This document shows positions 1-8,308 of a DNA stretch of 57,031 nt, piece after piece. The stretch covers positions 1 to 57,031 of the forward strand of contig DATABM010000117.1 in the NCBI GenBank assembly GCA_036259555.1, given 5' to 3'. A program made the position numbers and the translations under genes. Every line of letters starts with the position of its first letter. Within the stretch, counting starts at the first letter, position 1. This stretch comes from Solirubrobacterales bacterium. GTDB lineage: Bacteria > Actinomycetota > Thermoleophilia > Solirubrobacterales > 70-9. A model generated the notes under the pieces. That model had not been told where the DNA came from. It did not search any database and worked only from the letters and a program-made list of their open reading frames with translations.

Positions 1-31
1 CGCCCCCCGGGCCTCGATCTCGAATTTGAGG

Positions 32-91
32 CGCTTCGGCTCGTTGCGCACGAGCCGAAGCGTATGGAGGGCGACGCGCTCGTCGCCCTCC
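32..91 (-). terminator. Two tandem GC-rich hairpins just downstream of hsp20 (candidate factor-independent terminator without a U-tract)
   Basis: Perfect stems cttcggctcg/cgagccgaag (34-43 / 51-60) and ggagggcgacg/cgtcgccctcc (66-76 / 81-91). The second stem ends 3 nt from the hsp20 stop codon at 95-97. Confidence 0.45.
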
Positions 92-94
92 GCC

Positions 95-583
95 TCACTC
101 CTCGCCAGCCTCCAGGCTGTTGCCGTTCCTGGCGCCGATGGCGATCTTGGTCGGCTGCCGCTCCTCGGGCTTCGGGATCCTCACCTCGAGCACCCCGTTC
201 TCGAAGTCGGCGCTCACCGCGCTCGCCTCGATCCCCTCGGGAAGGTCGAGCGACCGGGAGAAGCGGCCGAAAGCGCGCTCGACCCGGTGGTAGCCCTCCT
301 TGCGGGCCTCGTGCTCGGCCCGGCGCTCGCCCGAGATCGTCAGGACGTGGTCCTTCACCTCGATGTCGAGGTCATCCCTGGTGAGCCCCGGGAGGTCCGC
401 GCGGAGGACGTACTCGTCGTCGGCCTCGACCAGATCCATCGGCGGGATCCAGCGCCTGCCGGCACTGCCGTTGCCGTTCGCAAGGCCAAGCCCACGGCCC
501 TGGAAGAAACTGTCGAAGAGGCGGTTCATGTCGCCCTGAAGAAGGTCCAACTCCTTAGCCGGGTCCCATCTCACAAGTGCCAT
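95..583 (-). CDS. Hsp20/alpha-crystallin family small heat-shock protein
   Basis: 162-aa ORF with alpha-crystallin-domain strings (PPMDLVEADDEYVLRADLPG, TISGERR, GVLEVRIPK). A GGAGGTG Shine-Dalgarno sits 5 nt before the ATG. Confidence 0.9.
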   Translation of the reverse strand: MALVRWDPAKELDLLQGDMNRLFDSFFQGRGLGLANGNGSAGRRWIPPMDLVEADDEYVLRADLPGLTRDDLDIEVKDHVLTISGERRAEHEARKEGYHRVERAFGRFSRSLDLPEGIEASAVSADFENGVLEVRIPKPEERQPTKIAIGARNGNSLEAGEE

Positions 584-623
584 GTCGTCACCTCCTACTG
601 CGAGTGGTACTGCTTGCTACGAC

Positions 624-652
624 ATTATGAAATCTAAGTCGCTTCTTGTCAA
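624..652 (-). promoter_or_regulatory. Candidate sigma-70-type promoter of hsp20
   Basis: On the minus strand: TTGACA (652-647), 17 nt spacer, CATAAT (629-624), about 40 nt upstream of the hsp20 ATG. The -35 box overlaps the gpmI stop codon (649-651). Confidence 0.45.
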
Positions 653-2169
653 GATGCCGCCAGCAACGTCCGTCCCGTCATCGCCTCGGGCTGCGGGATG
701 CCAAGCAGCTCGAGTGCCGTCGGGCCGACATCGGCGAGGATGCCGCCATCGCGGAGCCGGAGCCCCTCAGCGGTGACGATCAGCGGCACGGGGTTGAGCG
801 AGTGGGCAGTGTTGGGCGAGCCGTCGGGCTCGAGCATGCTGTCGCAGTTGCCGTGGTCCGCGGTGACGATGCAGACGCCGCCGGTGGCCTCGACCGCGGC
901 GACGACGTCGCCGAGGCAGGCGTCGACGGTCTCGACCGCCTCGACCGCGGCGGGAATCGAGCCGGTGTGGCCGACCATGTCGGGGTTGGCGAAATTGATG
1001 ATCCCGAAGCGGTAGCCGCCCTCCGACCAGCGCTCGACGAAGGCCTCGGCGGCGGCGTGAGCGCTCATCTCCGGCTTGTGGTCGTAGGTCGGCACGTCGC
1101 GCGGCGACTCGACCAGGCAGCGCTCCTCCCCCTCCCACTCCTCCTCGCGGCCGCCGTTGAAGAAGTAGGTGACGTGGGCGTACTTCTCGGTCTCGGCGAC
1201 GTGCAGCTGGCGTCCACCCGCCCCTGAGACGACTTCGGCCAGCGTCGCCCGAGGACGCGCCTCTGGGAACGCGACCGGATAGGGCCAGCCCTTCCTGTAC
1301 TCGGTCATCGTCGTCAGGTCGAACAGCGCCCCACCGCTGCGCGGGAACTCGTCGAACCCCGGCTCGGCGAGCGCCCGGCTCATCTGCCGCGCTCGATCGG
1401 GCCGGAAGTTGACGAAGATCGCCGCATCGCCCTCGCGGGCCCCGTCGTAGCCCCCGATCACGGTCGGCTTCACGAACTCGTCGCTCTCCTCGCGCTCGTA
1501 GGAGGTCTCGATTGCCTCCTCGCTGCTCTCCGCTTGAAGGCCCTCGCCGTGGACAATCGCGTCGTAGGCGAGCTTCGTCCGCTCCCAGCGCGTGTCGCGA
1601 TCCATGGCGTAGTAGCGACCGCTGACCGTGCCGACGCGCCCGGCCTGCCGCAGCCAGCGCTCCAGCTCGGCCAGGTAGCCGCGCCCGCCGTGCGGCAGGG
1701 TATCCCGGCCGTCCGTGAAGGCGTGAAAGACGACGTCCGGAACTCCCTCCTGCGTCGCCAGCTCGATCGTCGCCTCCAGGTGCTCCCAGCCGGAGTGGAC
1801 GCCGCCATCGGAGACCAGCCCGAGCAGGTGGAGACGGCCGGTCCCCGTGCATGCCCGCCGGCAGGCGGCGACCAGCGCCTCGTTCTCGAAGAAGCTGCCG
1901 TCGGCGATCGCGTCGTCGATCCTCGCCAGGTCCTGCTTGACGATCGCGCCGGCCCCCAGGTTGAGGTGACCGACCTCCGAATTGCCCATCTGTCCGTCCG
2001 GCAGGCCGACGTCTCGCCCCTGTGCCGAGAGCTGCGTGTGCGGAAAGCCGTCCCAAAGCCGGTCGAAGACGGGCGTCTCCGCCTGGGAGATCGCGTTGCC
2101 CGGCCCCGGCGGCGCCAGCCCCCAGCCGTCGAGGATGACCAGGGCCAATGAAGGCACGGGGAGGTTCAT
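649..2169 (-). CDS. gpmI: 2,3-bisphosphoglycerate-independent phosphoglycerate mutase
   Basis: 506-aa ORF with LVILDGWG, GNSEVGHLNLGAG and TADHGN strings typical of iPGM. It is the last gene of the gap-pgk-tpiA-gpmI array. Confidence 0.95.
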   Translation of the reverse strand: MNLPVPSLALVILDGWGLAPPGPGNAISQAETPVFDRLWDGFPHTQLSAQGRDVGLPDGQMGNSEVGHLNLGAGAIVKQDLARIDDAIADGSFFENEALVAACRRACTGTGRLHLLGLVSDGGVHSGWEHLEATIELATQEGVPDVVFHAFTDGRDTLPHGGRGYLAELERWLRQAGRVGTVSGRYYAMDRDTRWERTKLAYDAIVHGEGLQAESSEEAIETSYEREESDEFVKPTVIGGYDGAREGDAAIFVNFRPDRARQMSRALAEPGFDEFPRSGGALFDLTTMTEYRKGWPYPVAFPEARPRATLAEVVSGAGGRQLHVAETEKYAHVTYFFNGGREEEWEGEERCLVESPRDVPTYDHKPEMSAHAAAEAFVERWSEGGYRFGIINFANPDMVGHTGSIPAAVEAVETVDACLGDVVAAVEATGGVCIVTADHGNCDSMLEPDGSPNTAHSLNPVPLIVTAEGLRLRDGGILADVGPTALELLGIPQPEAMTGRTLLAAS

Positions 2170-2182
2170 GACCCCGGGGCCG

Positions 2183-2932
2183 TCATGCGGCCTCGACTAT
2201 TGCCGCGAAGTCCTCCGGATCGAGGCTGGCTCCGCCGACCAGCGCCCCGTCGATGTCGGGCTGCGCCAAGAGCTCAGCCGCGTTGCCCGGCTTGACGGAG
2301 CCGCCGTAGAGGATGCGCACCCGGTCGGCCGCTGCGCCGCGCTCGCGCAGCACGTCGCGGATGAAGGCGATCGTCTCCTGCGCCTGCTCCGGCGTCGCGG
2401 TGCGGCCGGTGCCGATTGCCCAGATCGGCTCGTAGGCGATCACGACGTCCGAGATGCGGGTGGGCTCGACGTCAACCAGGTCGGCCGTCAGCTGCGTCAC
2501 CAGGACCGCGTCGGTCTGTTCCGCGTCGCGCGCCTCCTCGCTCTCGCCGACGCAGAGGATCGGCTCCAGGCCGGCGGCGAGAGCGGCCGGCACCTTGCGG
2601 GAAAGTGCCTCGTCGGTCTCGTTGAAGTGCTGGCGGCGCTCGGAGTGGCCGAGGACCACCGCCTCGACGTCGAGCTCGACCAGCATCCCGGCCGAGACCT
2701 CGCCGGTGAAGGCACCCGTCTCCTCCTCGTGCATGTTCTGCGCGGCGACCTTGATCGCGGTGCCGTAGCGGCGCTCGACCACCGCGGTCAGAGCCGTGAA
2801 CGGTGGGCAGATGACGACGTCGTGCTGGGTCGCGGCGATCCGCGGTAGCAGCGCGTCGACGAACTCGCCCGCCTCGGCGACCGTCTTGTGCATCTTCCAG
2901 TTCGCCGCCAGATATGGGGTGCGATCAGGCAT
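2183..2932 (-). CDS. tpiA: Triose-phosphate isomerase
   Basis: 249-aa ORF with ANWKMH, AYEPIWAIGTG and LYGGSV TIM signatures. Confidence 0.95.
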   Translation of the reverse strand: MPDRTPYLAANWKMHKTVAEAGEFVDALLPRIAATQHDVVICPPFTALTAVVERRYGTAIKVAAQNMHEEETGAFTGEVSAGMLVELDVEAVVLGHSERRQHFNETDEALSRKVPAALAAGLEPILCVGESEEARDAEQTDAVLVTQLTADLVDVEPTRISDVVIAYEPIWAIGTGRTATPEQAQETIAFIRDVLRERGAAADRVRILYGGSVKPGNAAELLAQPDIDGALVGGASLDPEDFAAIVEAA

Positions 2933-2936
2933 CGCA

Positions 2937-3099
2937 GATGCCTAGCCTTTCAGCCGCGTGCGCCTGGGGGCGGGCGAGGCCAAGCAGATCAAGGACGCAG
3001 GGCGCAGCCTTTGGCGGCGCCAAAGGCAAGCCCGAGGACGCGGAGATGCGCAGCGCCGCGCGCGTCATCCAGGTGTGCGGGGTTGGGAGGCTAGGCATC
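2937..3099. repeat. 163-nt imperfect palindromic element filling the pgk-tpiA spacer
   Basis: Perfect 12-nt arms gatgcctagcct (2937-2948) / aggctaggcatc (3088-3099). Pairing is extendable to 2967/3069. A central perfect palindrome gcctttggcg-g-cgccaaaggc lies at 3007-3027. Confidence 0.7.
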
Positions 3100-4278
3100 T
3101 AACAGAGCCTCCACGCCCGGCAGCTTCTTTCCCTCCAACAGCTCCAACGAGGCACCCCCTCCGGTCGAGACCCAGTCCACTTTCTCCGCCAGGCCGAACT
3201 CGTGCAGGGCGGCCACAGAGTCGCCGCCCCCGACCACCGTCGTCCCCCCCGCCGCCGCCACCGCCTCGGCGACCCGGCGCGTGCCGGCCGCGAACGGCTC
3301 CAGCTCGAAGGCGCCCATCGGACCGTTCCAGAGGACCGTGCCGGCGGCGGCGATCTCCTCCGCGTAGCGCTCAGCCGTGCGCGGCCCTATGTCTAGGCCC
3401 ATCCAGCTGTCCGGAACCTCGACGCCATCGCTCTCGCGCCGCTCGGTGTCGGCGGCGAAGCTCTCGCCCAGCACCAGATCGACGGGCAGCTGCAGCTCGC
3501 AGTCGGCCCCCTCTGCGCGCCCCAGCGCCTCCTCGGCGAGCTTCACGCCCTCCTCCTCGACCAGCGAGTCGCCGGTTGCGATCTCCTGGGCGCGGAAGAA
3601 GCTGAAGCACATCGCACCGCCGATCAGGATGCGGTCGGAGACCTCGAGGAAGCGATCGATCACGCCGACCTTGTCGGAGACCTTGGCGCCACCCAGGACC
3701 ACGACCAATGGCCGGGCGGGCGACTCCACGACTCGCGTCAGCTCGTCCACCTCCCGTTCCAGCAGCAGGCCGGCGTACGCCGGCAGCCGATGGGCGACGC
3801 CCTCGGTGCTGGCGTGAGCGCGATGAGCCGCGCCGAAGGCGTCGTTGACGTAGAGGTCGGCGAGCACGGCGAGCGCCTCGGCTAGCTCCGGGTCGTTTTC
3901 GGTCTCCCCCGGCTCGTAGCGGACGTTCTCGAGCAGCAGCAGGTCCCCCTCCCCCAGCCCCGCCGCCATCGCCTCGACCTCCTTGCCACGCACCGCGGGT
4001 GCCAGCGCCACCTCGGCGCCGAGCAGCTCGGAGAGCCGCTCCGCGACGGGGCGCAGGGAGAGCTCTGGCACGACCTTCCCCTTCGGCCTGCCCAGATGAG
4101 AGACGAGGACAAGTGCCGCTCCCCGCTCGCGCAGCAGCTCGATGGTCGGCAGCGCCGCGCGGATCCGCGTGTCGTCGGCGACCCGGCCGCCCTCGAGCGG
4201 CACGTTGAAATCGACGCGGACGAGCACCCGCCTGCCCGCGACGTCGGCGTCGCGGACGCTCTGCTTCGCGAAGCTCAT
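3091..4278 (-). CDS. pgk: Phosphoglycerate kinase
   Basis: 395-aa ORF with VRVDFNVPL, SHLGRPKG and STGGGASLE PGK signatures. Confidence 0.95.
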   Translation of the reverse strand: MSFAKQSVRDADVAGRRVLVRVDFNVPLEGGRVADDTRIRAALPTIELLRERGAALVLVSHLGRPKGKVVPELSLRPVAERLSELLGAEVALAPAVRGKEVEAMAAGLGEGDLLLLENVRYEPGETENDPELAEALAVLADLYVNDAFGAAHRAHASTEGVAHRLPAYAGLLLEREVDELTRVVESPARPLVVVLGGAKVSDKVGVIDRFLEVSDRILIGGAMCFSFFRAQEIATGDSLVEEEGVKLAEEALGRAEGADCELQLPVDLVLGESFAADTERRESDGVEVPDSWMGLDIGPRTAERYAEEIAAAGTVLWNGPMGAFELEPFAAGTRRVAEAVAAAGGTTVVGGGDSVAALHEFGLAEKVDWVSTGGGASLELLEGKKLPGVEALLDA

Positions 4279-4294
4279 CGCCGGCCCGAGCGGC

Positions 4295-5335
<1,041 letters not shown>

Positions 5336-5345
5336 CTAGCCGCTG

Positions 5346-5708
5346 CTAATCGCTGCCGACCGTGACCTCGATCTCGTACCCATCGGGGTCGGTGAGGAAC
5401 GCGGAATACGAACCCGACCCGTGCGAGCGCCGCTCGCCGGGATCGCTGACGCTTCTGCCGCCGGCCTCGACGCCGGCCTCCCACGCCGCCTTGACGGCGA
5501 CGATTCCGAGCCCGGTGAAGCTGAGCAGCCCGAAGCCGGGCTTGGCCTCGTGGTGATCGGCGATGAAGAAGACCGGTTTGGCGATGCCCCAGCCGATCGT
5601 CCCTTCCTGGTCGAAGTGGCGCCGCCAGCCGAGCGGCGCCAGCAGCGCGTCGTAGAACGCCGCGCTGCGCTCTAGATCGGACACCTCCAGGAGGACGTGG
5701 TGCAACAT
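5346..5708 (-). CDS. VOC (glyoxalase/bleomycin-resistance/dioxygenase) family protein
   Basis: 120-aa ORF. The N-terminus HHVLLEVSDLERSAAFY and the C-terminal DPDGYEIEV are typical of the VOC fold. Confidence 0.75.
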   Translation of the reverse strand: MLHHVLLEVSDLERSAAFYDALLAPLGWRRHFDQEGTIGWGIAKPVFFIADHHEAKPGFGLLSFTGLGIVAVKAAWEAGVEAGGRSVSDPGERRSHGSGSYSAFLTDPDGYEIEVTVGSD

Positions 5709-5732
5709 CGGGCCGGGAGGCTATATGGCCGG

Positions 5733-6506
5733 TCAGCCGGAGCGCGGCGTCCAGCGAAAGCGGCGAACCGCGATGAGAAGCCCCACCGCGCCCCAGGCGG
5801 CGACGACCGCGAGGTTGCCCCACTCGAAGGCCGAACCGCCGTCGGCCGGCACGTAGGCGCCGAAGAAAGCCTCGAAGAAGTGGCGAATCGGGAACGCGTC
5901 GGCGAAGTGGATCACGCCGCTCGGCAGCTGGTCGTCCGGGATGAAGATGCCCGAGAGGAAGTAGAGCGGCAAGAGCAGCGCGTTGACGATCGGGGCAGCG
6001 GCGTCCTGCGAGGGGATCGCGGCGGTCAGCGCGATGCCGAGGCAGCAGAAGGCGGCGGCGCCGACGACCAGCGCCAGCACGATCGCAGGCAGGTGCTCCC
6101 AGGGGACGTCGACGCCGTAGGCGACCCGCCCGAGGGTCGCGATCAGGACCAGCATCAGCAGCGCCACGACGATCGAGTTGCCGACCCGGCCGACGATGAA
6201 CACCCAGGGCGGCATCGGCGTTCCGCGACCGCGCTTGAGGCGCCCGTCCTCGCGGGCGATCACCAGCGACATCGCCAGCGACTGCATCGTCGCCGAGATC
6301 ACGGAGAGCGTGACGATGGCGGGCACGTAGTAGGTGGTCGTCTCGATCCCGCCGCCAACGTCCACCGTCTCGTCGCCGAAGACGGTCGCGAAGATGAGCA
6401 GCAGGATGACCGGGAAGGCGACCGTGAAGAACACCGAGGCGGGATTGCGCCAGAAGGTCTTCTGGTCGTAGCGGAACTGGTGGGCGACCAAGGCCAGGCC
6501 GCTCAT
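5733..6506 (-). CDS. ABC-2 type transporter permease
   Basis: 257-aa ORF with about six hydrophobic segments. It overlaps the upstream ABC ATPase gene by 4 nt. Confidence 0.8.
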   Translation of the reverse strand: MSGLALVAHQFRYDQKTFWRNPASVFFTVAFPVILLLIFATVFGDETVDVGGGIETTTYYVPAIVTLSVISATMQSLAMSLVIAREDGRLKRGRGTPMPPWVFIVGRVGNSIVVALLMLVLIATLGRVAYGVDVPWEHLPAIVLALVVGAAAFCCLGIALTAAIPSQDAAAPIVNALLLPLYFLSGIFIPDDQLPSGVIHFADAFPIRHFFEAFFGAYVPADGGSAFEWGNLAVVAAWGAVGLLIAVRRFRWTPRSG

Positions 6507-7387
6507 GGCGAAGACTCCGCCCCGGCGCCCGTCCCGGCTCCCTCCGCGGTCAGCGAGAGGTAGACCTCTTCGAGGTCGGGCCGGGTCGCTTCCAGTCCCT
6601 CCAGCTCGAGACCCTCCTTCAGCGCCCGCTCGGTCAGCTCGTGGAGCGCCTCGACCGGCCGATCGGTCTGCACGGAGACGGTCTCGCCGTTCAAGCGGTA
6701 GCTGATCGTGGTCGGCAGGCTCTCGCGGTCGCCGAGGCCGTCCGGGGTCCCGCGCGCGACGACCCGCCCAGCGGCGATCACGGCGACGCGGTCGGCGAGC
6801 CGCTGCGCCTCGTCCATGTAGTGGGTGGTGAGGAAGACCGTCTTGCCGAGATCGCGCAAGCCGGCAATCGTCTCCCAGGTGTGACGGCGCGCCGAGGGAT
6901 CGAAACCCGTCGTCGGCTCGTCGAGGAAGAGCAGCTCGGGATCGCCGATCAGCGCGATACCGACGTCGAGGCGGCGCTGCTGGCCCCCGGAGAGGGTCCC
7001 GGCGCGGGCGTCCGCCTTCTCGCGCAGGCCGACCAGCTCCAGCGTCTCGTCGATCGGTCGCGGCGAGCGGTAGTAGCCGGCGTACAGCTCGAGCGACTCG
7101 CGGACGCTCAGGTAGGGGTCGAGCCGGCAGCTCTGCAGGACGACCCCGATCCGCTCGCGCCAGTCGCCACCGGCCCGCTGCGGGTCCTCGCCGAGCACCG
7201 TGATCTCGCCGCCGTCCCGTTCGCGGTACCCCTCGAGGATCTCGACCGTGGTCGTCTTCCCTGCGCCATTGGGCCCGAGGAAGGCGAAGACCTCGCCACG
7301 GCGCACCTCCAGGTCGATGCCACGGACGGCGTCGACCCCGCCGTAGCGCTTGCGCAACGACCGCACAGAGATGACGGGCTCGGACAA
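6503..7387 (-). CDS. ABC transporter ATP-binding protein (DrrA-like exporter ATPase)
   Basis: 294-aa ORF with Walker A GPNGAGKTT, signature LSGGQQRR and Walker B LLFLDEP. Confidence 0.9.
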   Translation of the reverse strand: MSEPVISVRSLRKRYGGVDAVRGIDLEVRRGEVFAFLGPNGAGKTTTVEILEGYRERDGGEITVLGEDPQRAGGDWRERIGVVLQSCRLDPYLSVRESLELYAGYYRSPRPIDETLELVGLREKADARAGTLSGGQQRRLDVGIALIGDPELLFLDEPTTGFDPSARRHTWETIAGLRDLGKTVFLTTHYMDEAQRLADRVAVIAAGRVVARGTPDGLGDRESLPTTISYRLNGETVSVQTDRPVEALHELTERALKEGLELEGLEATRPDLEEVYLSLTAEGAGTGAGAESSP

Positions 7388-7399
7388 AGTCGGCCGATT

Positions 7400-8308
7400 C
7401 TAGGTCCGCGCCAGCGCCGCCGGACCGCTGCCGTCGAGGTCGACGTCGCGGTGCTTGACCCGGACGACAACGTCGTCTCGCCCTTCCAGGGCGCGCCGGA
7501 TGCGGTCGGCGACCGTGAGCGAGCGGTGCTTGCCGCCGGTGCAGCCGATCGCAATCGTCAGATGGCTCTTGCCCTCGGCGACGTAGGCGGGGACGAGGAA
7601 CTCGAGCAGGGGCAGCAGGCGACCGTAGAACTCACCTGCCTGGGTGCCCGACTCGACGTAGGCCCGCACCGCCTCGTCGATCCCCGTCTGGGGTCGCAGC
7701 TCGTCGACGTAATGGGGGTTGGGCAGGAAGCGGACGTCCAGCGTCATGTCGGCGTCGCGCGGCGGCCCGTTCTTGAAGCCGAAGGTAAGCAGGGTCAGCG
7801 CCAGCTTGCCGCCGCCGTCGCGTCCGATCACCTCCTCGGCGATGCGGCGGCGCAGCTGGCCGCCGGTCAGGCCGCTCGTCTCCATCACCACGTCGGCACG
7901 GGCGCGCAGCGGCGCGAGCAGCTCGCGCTCGGCGCGGATCCCGTCGACGATCCGGCCTTCGGGGGCGAGCGGGTGACGGCGACGCGTCTCCTTGTAGCGG
8001 TCGAGCAGCGTCTCCTCGTCGGCCTCGAGGAAGAGCAGCCTCGGCGCCATCCCCTCCCCCTCCAGCTCGCCGAGCACCTGGACGAGGTCCTCGAAGTACT
8101 CGCCGCCGCGCACGTCGGAGACGACGGCTGCCCGCTCGACGCCGCTGCCGTCGAGCCGGAAGAGCTCGCCGAGGCTGCCGATCAGGCGAGGCGGCAGGTT
8201 GTCGACGCAGAAGTAGCCGCCGTCCTCGAAGGCGGCGATCGCCTCCGACTTGCCCGCCCCCGAATGACCGGTGATCACGACCAGCTCGACCTTCTTCCCC
8301 TCGGTCAT
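7400..8308 (-). CDS. rapZ: RNase adapter protein RapZ (YvcJ-type P-loop protein)
   Basis: 302-aa ORF with VITGHSGAGKS, YFCVDNLP and the C-terminal IGCTGGKHRS motif. Its start overlaps the uvrC stop (ATGA). Confidence 0.9.
   Translation of the reverse strand: MTEGKKVELVVITGHSGAGKSEAIAAFEDGGYFCVDNLPPRLIGSLGELFRLDGSGVERAAVVSDVRGGEYFEDLVQVLGELEGEGMAPRLLFLEADEETLLDRYKETRRRHPLAPEGRIVDGIRAERELLAPLRARADVVMETSGLTGGQLRRRIAEEVIGRDGGGKLALTLLTFGFKNGPPRDADMTLDVRFLPNPHYVDELRPQTGIDEAVRAYVESGTQAGEFYGRLLPLLEFLVPAYVAEGKSHLTIAIGCTGGKHRSLTVADRIRRALEGRDDVVVRVKHRDVDLDGSGPAALART

Noticed and set aside
584-623. A ROSE/fourU-like RNA thermometer in the hsp20 leader.
   Set aside because: Only short (3-5 bp) complementarities to the GGAGGTG Shine-Dalgarno could be drawn by hand. 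This is not enough to claim a thermosensor.
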